This document shows positions 28,703 to 36,621 of a DNA stretch of 64,000 bases, piece after piece. Below the pieces are notes generated by a model, which was not told where the DNA came from, searched no databases, and worked only from the letters and a program-made list of their open reading frames with translations. A program made the position numbers and the translations under genes. The stretch's first letter is position 1, and each line of letters opens with the position of its first letter. Source of the stretch: Micavibrio aeruginosavorus (GTDB lineage: Bacteria > Pseudomonadota > Alphaproteobacteria > Micavibrionales > Micavibrionaceae); contig CP066681.1 of assembly GCA_016432265.1 (NCBI GenBank), forward strand, positions 458,342-522,341, written 5' to 3'.

Positions 28703-29117
28703 TTTTAAGGCCTGTCTGGTATTGCTTTGTGCCGCCCTTGCGTTGGGCGGGTGTTACCCGTCCAAAGTGACCGATCCGAACGATCCGAGGTTCGATGTAA
28801 CTAAATTCTCCTTTGAAGATTACAAAACTGAAGATGAACTTTTAAAAACTTTGAACGCCCTGTTTCCCGAGGGTACAACAAAACAAAAAGTTGATGACGT
28901 GTTATTAAAGTCAGCTAGACTAGATATGTTCCAAAATGTAGGGCCAGATGGTGGAATTTATATAGTTTATAAAAAATCCAAACACGATCCAAGCTCTAAT
29001 CATCCACTAAAGACAGCTAGATTCTTATACAACGAATCTCATGAGGTGATGGATATAGAAACAAGCTTTATGGACGGAATATCTATAAAGTATTTTATAG
29101 GAGAAAGGATCCAGTAA
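28692..29117 (+). CDS. Putative lipoprotein (signal peptide plus LGGC lipobox)
   Basis: MRFNFKACLVLLCAALALGGCYPS is a lipoprotein signal. The DNA is AT-rich. Confidence 0.5.
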   Translation: MRFNFKACLVLLCAALALGGCYPSKVTDPNDPRFDVTKFSFEDYKTEDELLKTLNALFPEGTTKQKVDDVLLKSARLDMFQNVGPDGGIYIVYKKSKHDPSSNHPLKTARFLYNESHEVMDIETSFMDGISIKYFIGERIQ

Positions 29118-29767
29118 TGACAACTGAAATTTATGTGCAAACAACTCCTAACATAACTTTTCATCCATTACAGTTTCTCCCTCCTGTCTCCTTGCCTTTT
29201 GGAAGGCATATGGCTATTTGGATTGTACGAGACGGGGAGACAATTATTTTAAATGCCTACGCAAGTGAGCATAAGAACATTGAGGTTCCTAATCCGCTTA
29301 GTGAAGAGTGGGGGAACTTGGTTGTTGAAAAATTTGTAGTTGAAGACATTCCTACAAACCAAACAATTGAAGATATGAATCTTAACAAGCTAAACTTGAC
29401 GGATGTGGAAGCGGCAACTGCTGCGAGTGCAATCCTGAGTTATTATAATAATCTTGGGCAGCTTTTAGATATAGAAGGGCGACACATAATTGATACTGGA
29501 TTAGGGTATGCGCCTGTTGACGGGCCTAATAGCAATTCAATAGCCAATTCTTTTCTCACCCTGATGAATGTGGACTATAACACGCTTGATCTATACGAAG
29601 ACGGGGACAGTTCTGAATGGCATTATGCGGTATGGGATCATACGGCCCACGACCATGCTGTGGATGCCGCTGGTAATCATACCTTGCAGGGTTTCAATGG
29701 CGGTGAAATCAGGCGATTATATACCCCTTATACGGATTTTTCTTATTACGGTTTTTTCACGGTTTGA
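29117..29767 (+). CDS. Hypothetical protein
   Basis: 216-aa ORF in AT-rich DNA, with its ATG overlapping the previous stop (TAATG). Confidence 0.4.
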   Translation: MTTEIYVQTTPNITFHPLQFLPPVSLPFGRHMAIWIVRDGETIILNAYASEHKNIEVPNPLSEEWGNLVVEKFVVEDIPTNQTIEDMNLNKLNLTDVEAATAASAILSYYNNLGQLLDIEGRHIIDTGLGYAPVDGPNSNSIANSFLTLMNVDYNTLDLYEDGDSSEWHYAVWDHTAHDHAVDAAGNHTLQGFNGGEIRRLYTPYTDFSYYGFFTV

Positions 29768-29785
29768 AATTTTAAACGATATTTC

Positions 29786-30358
29786 TTGATGAAAATATGG
29801 CAATCGACAGGATTTACGTGCGGCCCGGCGGCGTTGATGATGGCGCTGCGGGCGGTTTGCCCCGATTATGGGGCGTGCCCTGTTGATGAATTCATGATCT
29901 GGCGTGAGGCAAATACCGTTTTCATGGGCGAAGGACATCCGGGCTGCGGGCCGTATGGCTTGGCCTTGGCGGCTGTCCGGCGGGGCGCAAGAGCCGCCAT
30001 ATGGCTGAGTCAGCGTCATAATATGTTTGCTGCGACGTTGGAAGATTCTTGTCAATCGCAGATCATGCATATGGTAGAGCAGCGGGATTTGGCTGATGCG
30101 GAAAACGCTGGCGTTGTTATCATAGAACGATCATTTCTATTGCGGGACGTTCTGGGTGAAGCCGCCGGTGCTGTCTTGCTGCTGGTCAAAGATTCAAGCG
30201 GAGTTGACGATCACTGGATCGTGCTGGTGCCGGAGGGGCAGGACGGGTGGGTAGTTTTCGATCCTGATCAGACTGCAGGGCATACAGAGGTTAATGTTAC
30301 CGCTCTGGAGCGGCGGCTGCCCGACCATCGAGCGGCTATTTTCTTGCGACGGCCATGA
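29786..30358 (+). CDS. Papain-like cysteine peptidase domain protein (C39-like)
   Basis: The N-terminus MMKIWQSTGFTCGPAALMMAL fits the C39 catalytic Cys motif (Q....CG.AAL). A downstream DHWIVLV supplies a candidate catalytic His. Confidence 0.5.
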   Translation: MMKIWQSTGFTCGPAALMMALRAVCPDYGACPVDEFMIWREANTVFMGEGHPGCGPYGLALAAVRRGARAAIWLSQRHNMFAATLEDSCQSQIMHMVEQRDLADAENAGVVIIERSFLLRDVLGEAAGAVLLLVKDSSGVDDHWIVLVPEGQDGWVVFDPDQTAGHTEVNVTALERRLPDHRAAIFLRRP

Positions 30359-30495
30359 AATCACTTGCCAAAGCCGGGAGAGCCTTCTATATCCATAAGC
30401 GGAAGGCTGACGCGGGCGCGCGTATCGCCAATCCGGTCAGGGCCGAGAGGCAGCAGCCGTAACGAATTTCGCCGGGTCGTGTTCAGCCTTCCACC

Positions 30496-30810
30496 TTATT
30501 TTTTCTTGCCCTTCCCGACATTCAGACTTTTGTGCAAATCTTGCATCTGCTCGATATAGTCTTTGAGCATATCCTTAAGCGCGTTGCGCAGGTAAGGTTC
30601 GAAATCGGCATCGCCGTGGCTGGACAGGGAGATGATGCGATCATAAAGGGCGCGGGTTTCCTGGCTGACCCCGAGCGTGATCACATGATCGCTTAATCTG
30701 TCATCTATGATGTCGCGCACGAATCCGCTAATATTCACATTCATTTCCTGCAGCCGGTCGTGCTGCTCCCTACGTAGCATCAAACAAACGCTTTTCAAAT
30801 CGGTACTCAT
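30496..30810 (-). CDS. Putative ribbon-helix-helix (CopG-like) transcriptional regulator, divergent from the flotillin-like gene
   Basis: The small protein has an N-terminal KSVCLMLRREQHDRLQEMNVNISGFVRDII stretch consistent with an RHH fold. The true start may be the internal Met (MLRREQ). Confidence 0.4.
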   Translation of the reverse strand: MSTDLKSVCLMLRREQHDRLQEMNVNISGFVRDIIDDRLSDHVITLGVSQETRALYDRIISLSSHGDADFEPYLRNALKDMLKDYIEQMQDLHKSLNVGKGKKK

Positions 30811-30877
30811 GGCCCATCTCCCGACCCCTCAGAGGCGACAATCTCGTTCAATAATGATTATACAATATAACCATTAA

Positions 30878-30938
30878 TTATATATAACTATATATATTTA
30901 TTGTAAATTAACTAAATCATATATATAGTTATATATAA
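30878..30938. promoter_or_regulatory. 19-bp perfect inverted repeat TTATATATAACTATATATA / TATATATAGTTATATATAA separated by 23 bp, in the divergent promoter region
   Basis: Read directly at 30878-30896 and 30920-30938, in an ~85 % AT spacer between the RHH gene and the flotillin-like gene. Confidence 0.8.
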
Positions 30939-30973
30939 CTTCCTTCATCAGAGCCACAGGAGGGCGCATCGAG

Positions 30974-33028
30974 ATGGATATGAACAACGTACTGGAGATT
31001 GTCATGCAGTGGGGTGGCGGTATTGTTGCCGTTTTTATCCTGTTGCTAATCCTGAGCAAAATTCTGGTCAATGTGGGCGCTGATGAACTGGCGGTAACCG
31101 AGCGCCGCTTTTTCGGGGTGGCGCTGGAACGGGGGCGTGTCTTTGCCATGCCGGGGCAGATCGGTTTGCAAGCTCGCTACCTGCCGCCGGGGTTGCATGT
31201 GATTCCGTGGCCGCTGGTCAGGGTCGTGTATAAACCCACCTTTCTGAGCATCAATGCGGATGAATTGGGGATTGTCGAGGCCACGGATGGTGTGCCGCTC
31301 TCGGCGGGCCGTATTTTCGCCGATGACGTTGCCGGGGTAACACATAACAACTTTCAGGATCCTGTAGGGTTCCTGGCCAAGGGGGGCATTCGCGGAAAGC
31401 AGTTGCGTTTTCTGACCAACGGCACCTTTAAGATACATCCTTATATGTTCAAAGTTACCAAGATCAAGAAGACTTATATTCCGGAAGGGTCGATCGGTGT
31501 GATCACCGCGCTTGACGGGGCGCCGCTTGAACCCGGTCAGTTGCTTGGGCGCAGCACTGAGAATCATGAAAATTTCCAGCGTGCCGAGGACTTCCTCAAG
31601 AATGGCGGGCAAAAAGGGCCGCAGATCGACTTCCTGCGCCCGGGTACCTACAACATCAACACCGAGATTTTCAAGGTCGAGATTCATCCGGCGATCCAGA
31701 TTCCGGAACGTCAGATCGGCGTGATTGAGGCGCTGGACGGCTTGCCCATGGACAAGAACGAGGTCGTGGCTTCGACGCCCGATGGCCATAATAACTTCCA
31801 GGACGGTCAGAAATTCCTGAACAATGGCGGCAAGCGAGGCCCGCAGGAAAAGATTCTGACCCCCGGCACTTACTACATCAATCCTTACCTGTTTACTGTA
31901 TCGTGGCAGCCGCAGACCTTGATTGAGCAAGGCGAGGCGGGGGTTCTGATTTCGAACATCGGTCTTGATCCTTCGGGGCTTGAGCATGATGGCACGGAAA
32001 TCGAGAGCGATGACAAATATCACGCCCGCTATGTGGTGCCGGCCGGTTATCGCGGCATCCAAAAAGATGTTCTCGGGCCGGGTGCCTACAACATCAACCC
32101 GATGGCTTATCGCGTTGTTATCATCCAGACACGGACGCGGTCGCTTGATTGGAGCGCCGAGCGCATGCAGAATCGTGCGCCGGAGGCCAATATCTTCGGG
32201 CCCTTCCAGGTCGTCTCGCATGACGGTTTCCCGATGCAGATCGAGGTGCGTTGTCAGTATCGCATCCAGCCGCAGAACGCGCCTTATATCGTGCAAAAGC
32301 TGGGGTCGGTTCGTGAACTGGAAAGCAATGTTATCCATCCGCAGATCGACGGTATCTTCCGGGCGCAGGTTTCCCGCTCTCCCGCGATTGCCTATCAGCA
32401 AAACCGGGCGGAGGAGCAAAAAGCCGCTGAGGAGGCCGTACGGCACGATCTGGTCAATTACCGCGTCGATGTGGTTTCAGTGATGATCACCAATATCGTC
32501 TTGCCGGAAGAATTGATGCATACCACGCAGCAGAAAAATCTGGCCGAACAGGAAAAATCGATGTTCGACGCGAAGCAGCAGGCCGAGCAACGCCGCATCG
32601 AATTCGAGAAAACCAAAACCGAGGCCGATGCTCAGGTCAGTATTATTACCGCGGAAGCCGGGATCAAGGTGGCGCAGCACGAAGCCCGTCAGGTCGAGGA
32701 GCGCGCGCGCGGCGACGCCAACCGTATCCGTATGCTGGCTGAAGCCGATGCGATGAAAACCCAGCAGGTGGGGGATGCCGAGGCCGGGGTCATCCGCACC
32801 AAAGGTGAGGCGCAGGCCAAAGCCTATCGCGATCAGGTTGACGCTCTGACTGCGCAGGGCGTGACCACGGTCGAAGTGATGAAAGCAATTTCCGCCGCCG
32901 GTCTTAAAATCACGCCGGATATTCACGTCAGTGGTACGCCTGGCGGTGGAGGCGACAGCGGCGGGCTGGTGCAGGTGTTGCTGGCGCAGATGGTTCAGAA
33001 CAAAGCGAGCGGCACCAACGCCCAGTAG
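30974..33028 (+). CDS. Flotillin-like SPFH/band-7 family membrane protein (YqiK-like) with four internal ~60-aa repeats
   Basis: N-terminal TM helix, an SPFH-like core, and a C-terminal Glu/Ala/Gln-rich coiled-coil flotillin region (AEQEKSMFDAKQQAEQRRIEFEKTKTEADAQ...). Repeats ...ALDG.P.......NFQ....FL.NGG..G.Q...L.PGTY.INP..F.V occur four times. Confidence 0.8.
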   Translation: MDMNNVLEIVMQWGGGIVAVFILLLILSKILVNVGADELAVTERRFFGVALERGRVFAMPGQIGLQARYLPPGLHVIPWPLVRVVYKPTFLSINADELGIVEATDGVPLSAGRIFADDVAGVTHNNFQDPVGFLAKGGIRGKQLRFLTNGTFKIHPYMFKVTKIKKTYIPEGSIGVITALDGAPLEPGQLLGRSTENHENFQRAEDFLKNGGQKGPQIDFLRPGTYNINTEIFKVEIHPAIQIPERQIGVIEALDGLPMDKNEVVASTPDGHNNFQDGQKFLNNGGKRGPQEKILTPGTYYINPYLFTVSWQPQTLIEQGEAGVLISNIGLDPSGLEHDGTEIESDDKYHARYVVPAGYRGIQKDVLGPGAYNINPMAYRVVIIQTRTRSLDWSAERMQNRAPEANIFGPFQVVSHDGFPMQIEVRCQYRIQPQNAPYIVQKLGSVRELESNVIHPQIDGIFRAQVSRSPAIAYQQNRAEEQKAAEEAVRHDLVNYRVDVVSVMITNIVLPEELMHTTQQKNLAEQEKSMFDAKQQAEQRRIEFEKTKTEADAQVSIITAEAGIKVAQHEARQVEERARGDANRIRMLAEADAMKTQQVGDAEAGVIRTKGEAQAKAYRDQVDALTAQGVTTVEVMKAISAAGLKITPDIHVSGTPGGGGDSGGLVQVLLAQMVQNKASGTNAQ

Positions 33029-33051
33029 CTATACCCTTCACATAATGCCGA

Positions 33052-33083
33052 GGCCGGACATTCTGAATGATGTCCGGCCTTTT
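33052..33083 (+). terminator. Rho-independent terminator after the flotillin-like gene
   Basis: GGCCGGACAT-tctgaatg-ATGTCCGGCC followed by TTTT. Confidence 0.85.
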
Positions 33084-33200
33084 GATTATCGCAAATAATA
33101 GGGCGATAACCTTCTCCCGGGCCGGATAAGATGTGGCCAAGCCCGCAGGGGCGGATTTCTGCCCTTTGCAAGTCCGTCTGAATCCGACTACATAGGGATC

Positions 33201-34880
33201 ATGACTGACAATACATCCCATCAGGCCTACCGCGTTCTGGCGCGGAAATATCGCCCCCGTCATTTCGACGAATTGATCGGGCAGGATGCGCTGGTGCGCA
33301 CATTGCGCAACGCGATCGAGTCCGGGCGGATCGCCCATGCCTTTATGTTGACCGGCGTTCGTGGCGTTGGCAAGACGACGACAGCGCGCATTATCGCCAA
33401 GGCGCTCAACTATACCGGCCCTAACGGCGCTGCGGGCCCTACCACCGGGCCGACGGATGATTGCGAAATATGCAGGGCGATCGCGGAAGACCGCCATCCC
33501 GATGTGATGGAGATGGACGCTGCTTCGCGCACGGGGGTCGATGATATCCGCGAAATTCTCGATGGCGTGCGTTATGCGCCTGTATCTGCCCGTTACAAGA
33601 TATATATCATCGATGAAGTGCATATGCTTTCCAAGAACGCCTTCAACGCGCTCCTGAAAACGCTCGAAGAGCCGCCGCCGCACGTGAAATTCATTTTCGC
33701 CACCACCGAAATCCGTAAAGTTCCGGTGACGGTGCTCTCCCGCTGCCAGCGCTTCGACCTGAAACGCGTCGATATCGCAACATTGGCTGATCATTACCGC
33801 AACATATGCGTTTTGGAAAAAGTGCAGGCCGATGATGACGCTCTGACCATGATTGCCCGCGCGGCGGATGGATCGGTGCGTGACGGCCTCAGTTTGCTGG
33901 ATCAGGCGATTGCGCTCTCTTCTGAAAAGGTGAGAGTGCAGCAGGTGCGCGATATGCTGGGTCTCTCGGATCGCAGCCGTGTTCTGGATATGCTGGAAGC
34001 GGCCTTGAAGGGCGAATGCGCCACGGCGCTTGCGATCATGGACGATATGGCCCGCAGCGGGGCGGACTCATTGGTGGTGGTGCAGGATCTTCTCGAGCTG
34101 ACTCACCTGCTGACCCGCTATCGCGCTGTTCCGGGCCTGCTCGACAAGGACAACGCTGCGGCCCCCGACATGAAAACGCGCCTGCAGGGTTTGTCGGTCA
34201 ATCTTTCCATGCCCAGCTTGGGGCGGGCGTGGCAGTTATTGCTGAAAGGGGTCTCAGAAATTCAAAGCGCCCCGCAGCCGCGGGCGGCGCTTGAAATGCT
34301 CCTGATCCGTCTGGCTTATACATCTGACTTGCCGGATCCGGGCGACCTGATGCGCAAGATTCGCAGTGGCGAGAGCATACAGGCGACGGGCGCAGGTCAC
34401 CGTGCCAGTGAAAGCCGGATCCCAGAGCCTGTGGCCCTGCGCGCGGTAGCCGGGGGCGGTGCAGTCGCTCTGGCAGCGCCGCCGCCCGCCATCGCAGAAG
34501 AGGCCGTGCCGCTGCAGGCCGGTACGATTGTCTCTCTGCAAACGCTGGAACTGTCACTGCGTCAGCGTGGTTACAGCCGTTTAGCGGCCGACGTTTATCA
34601 TTATGTGCGTATGGGCCGCATTGAAGAAGGGCGGCTTGAGATTTCTTATGACCAGTCCATGGCGCCGACGATGCTGAGTGATTTGTCGAAGGCTCTCAAG
34701 GAGATGACCGGGCTGAGATGGCTGGTGACGGAAACCCGCTCTCCTGTTGTTCCTACATTGCACGAACAACAGCAATTGGCGGATCGGGCGTTGCTTGCCG
34801 AAGCGCAAGCGCACCCGGTAGTCGCCAGCGTGGTAAAGCTGTTCCCCGGTGCCACGATCAGAATAAAAACCGAACAATAA
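33201..34880 (+). CDS. dnaX: DNA polymerase III subunits gamma/tau
   Basis: YRPRHFDELIGQD...AHAFMLTGVRGVGKTTTARI...IIDEVHMLS...SRCQRF are the clamp-loader AAA+ boxes. Confidence 0.9.
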   Translation: MTDNTSHQAYRVLARKYRPRHFDELIGQDALVRTLRNAIESGRIAHAFMLTGVRGVGKTTTARIIAKALNYTGPNGAAGPTTGPTDDCEICRAIAEDRHPDVMEMDAASRTGVDDIREILDGVRYAPVSARYKIYIIDEVHMLSKNAFNALLKTLEEPPPHVKFIFATTEIRKVPVTVLSRCQRFDLKRVDIATLADHYRNICVLEKVQADDDALTMIARAADGSVRDGLSLLDQAIALSSEKVRVQQVRDMLGLSDRSRVLDMLEAALKGECATALAIMDDMARSGADSLVVVQDLLELTHLLTRYRAVPGLLDKDNAAAPDMKTRLQGLSVNLSMPSLGRAWQLLLKGVSEIQSAPQPRAALEMLLIRLAYTSDLPDPGDLMRKIRSGESIQATGAGHRASESRIPEPVALRAVAGGGAVALAAPPPAIAEEAVPLQAGTIVSLQTLELSLRQRGYSRLAADVYHYVRMGRIEEGRLEISYDQSMAPTMLSDLSKALKEMTGLRWLVTETRSPVVPTLHEQQQLADRALLAEAQAHPVVASVVKLFPGATIRIKTEQ

Positions 34881-34890
34881 GGAGTTAAGA

Positions 34891-35214
34891 ATGAATATTG
34901 CCGATATGATGAAGCAGGCGCGCGTGATGCAGGAAAAAATGGAAACCTTGCAAGGTCAGCTTGCCGTAACCGAGGTAGAGGGGGTATCCGGCGCGGGTCT
35001 GGTGCGCGTTGTTATGACCTGCAAGGGCGATGTGCGCATGCTGAAGATATCGCCGGAGATCATCAATCCCTCCGATGCGGAAACGCTTGAGGATCTGGTG
35101 ATGGCGGCTGTCAATATGGCGCGGCAAAACGCAGATCAGACGATGGCTAGCGAAACCGCGCGTATGATGGAAGAGATGGGTCTGCCATCGAATTTTGAGT
35201 TGCCCAAATTTTAG
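34891..35214 (+). CDS. ybaB: Nucleoid-associated protein YbaB/EbfC
   Basis: 107 aa: MNIADMMKQARVMQEKMETLQGQLAVTEVEGVSGAGLVRVVMTCKGDV... It sits immediately after dnaX. Confidence 0.9.
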   Translation: MNIADMMKQARVMQEKMETLQGQLAVTEVEGVSGAGLVRVVMTCKGDVRMLKISPEIINPSDAETLEDLVMAAVNMARQNADQTMASETARMMEEMGLPSNFELPKF

Positions 35215-35332
35215 CTGGCGCGTGCTTGACGCGCATGACGGCGTTTCCCGCATGACAGGATAAGAATGCAGGGCTGAAGCGCACGTTCTTTCGGGCTTGA
35301 CAATATATTCATATTTCTGTATATATGAATAT

Positions 35333-35644
35333 ATGAACATAAAAGAAATGATGAAGAATGCCGATAAGGCATGCGATCTTTTGAAATCCCTGGCCCATCC
35401 CCACAGGCTGGGCATCGTCTGTCGTCTTATAGATGGCAAGGCTTCTGTAGGCGAGCTTGCTGAATTTGTGGGTCTGCGCGACTCTACGGTCTCGCAGCAC
35501 CTTTCCTTGTTGCGTAAGGACGGGATTGTAACGACGAGGCGTGAAGGTCAGATCATCTGGTATTCCATAAAGGATGATTCGGCCCGCCGGCTGGTTGAAT
35601 TGCTTCACAGTATCTATTGCAAAAATAGGAAGGAAGGGAAGTGA
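35333..35644 (+). CDS. ArsR/SmtB-family metalloregulator
   Basis: LKSLAHPHRLGIVCRLIDGKASVGELAEFVGLRDSTVSQHLSLLRKDGIV is a winged-HTH ArsR signature. The start is taken as MNIKEMMK. Confidence 0.75.
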   Translation: MNIKEMMKNADKACDLLKSLAHPHRLGIVCRLIDGKASVGELAEFVGLRDSTVSQHLSLLRKDGIVTTRREGQIIWYSIKDDSARRLVELLHSIYCKNRKEGK

Positions 35645-36621
35645 GCCCGGTTGCGCGCATTTTATTGACTGTGTCAATGCTGGCGTTGGTCGCAGTTCCT
35701 GCTGGGGCACAGGAGGATATTTGGGTTGCCAGATCGGTTCCGGTCAATGACATGAAGGCCGTTTTTGCAACCGTTGAAAGCACAAGCGTTATTGCGGCGC
35801 GGGCCCGCATAAACGGAACCCTGGCAGATCTTGCAGTGGATGAAGGGGATTTTGTGAAAGCCGGGCAGGTGGTGGCGAATATAGGAGATGAAAAGCTTTC
35901 CCTGCAGGTCAGTTCGCTTGATTCGCGTATCGGTTCAGCTCAGGCACAGTTGGATAAAGCAACGATAGATCTTAAGCGCACGAAAGAGCTGTTTGATAAA
36001 GGCGCGGTATCAAAGGCAAGGCTTGATGATGCGCAAACCCAGTACAGCATAGCACAAAGCGGCCTTAAAGCAGCCACATCAGACCGTGACGTGATCAGAA
36101 GGCAGATGAGTGAAGGTGGCGTTATTGCACCTGTGACAGGAAGGGTTCTTAAGGTTCCCGTTACCAAGGGCGCGGTCGTTATGCCGGGTGAAGTGATAGC
36201 GATGATTGCGGATCAGGATTACATCCTGCGTCTGAGCGTACCTGAGCGGCACGCGCGTTACATGAAGAAAGACGATTCCATACATCTTGCTAATGGCCAA
36301 CTGGGCAGGATTGAAACGGTATACCCCCAGATTGAAAACGGCCGTGTTATAGCGGATGCTGTCGCAGAAGGTCTGGGGGATTATTTCGTAGGCGAGCGCG
36401 TCCTTGTTTGGGTCGCCGGGGAAGAAAGGAAAACTATCGTTGTGCCGGCGCACTATATACTGTCTCAATATGGAATAGATTTTGTGAAAATTATAGCGGC
36501 TGATGGACGCGCAAGGAAAATCGCTGTGCAAAGAGGGATACCAATGCCTTTGCCGGACATGTCGAGGGGCGTTGAAATCCTTTCGGGGGTGCGCGAGGGG
36601 GATAAACTGGTAAAGCCATGA
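35641..36621 (+). CDS. Efflux RND periplasmic adaptor (membrane fusion protein, HlyD family)
   Basis: Signal/TM region, then coiled-coil and lipoyl-like segments and beta-barrel motifs typical of MFPs. It is translationally coupled to the RND permease. Confidence 0.8.
   Translation: MSPVARILLTVSMLALVAVPAGAQEDIWVARSVPVNDMKAVFATVESTSVIAARARINGTLADLAVDEGDFVKAGQVVANIGDEKLSLQVSSLDSRIGSAQAQLDKATIDLKRTKELFDKGAVSKARLDDAQTQYSIAQSGLKAATSDRDVIRRQMSEGGVIAPVTGRVLKVPVTKGAVVMPGEVIAMIADQDYILRLSVPERHARYMKKDDSIHLANGQLGRIETVYPQIENGRVIADAVAEGLGDYFVGERVLVWVAGEERKTIVVPAHYILSQYGIDFVKIIAADGRARKIAVQRGIPMPLPDMSRGVEILSGVREGDKLVKP

Larger units (their letters stand above)
28332..30840. mobile_element. Remnant of a second, older island integrated in tandem (integrase reduced to its first ~15 codons)
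   Basis: It begins with a second iteron cluster and an int 5-prime homolog. It contains low-GC ORFs and lacks a clean distal att repeat. Confidence 0.45.

Noticed and set aside
30811-30832. Degenerate look-alike of the tRNA-Gly 3-prime end (CCCATCtCCCGaCC) that could be a decayed attR of the second element
   Set aside because: It matches only 12/15 positions, overlaps the RHH gene start and could be chance. It is mentioned only as a possible boundary.
31046-32446. 466-aa minus-strand ORF inside the flotillin-like gene
   Set aside because: It is antisense to a well-supported SPFH protein, and its translation is Arg/Leu-rich with no motifs.
33201-34880. Possible programmed -1 frameshift site in dnaX (gamma subunit production)
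   Set aside because: I found no clear A-AAA-AAG-type slippery heptamer with a downstream stem by eye, so I make no claim.
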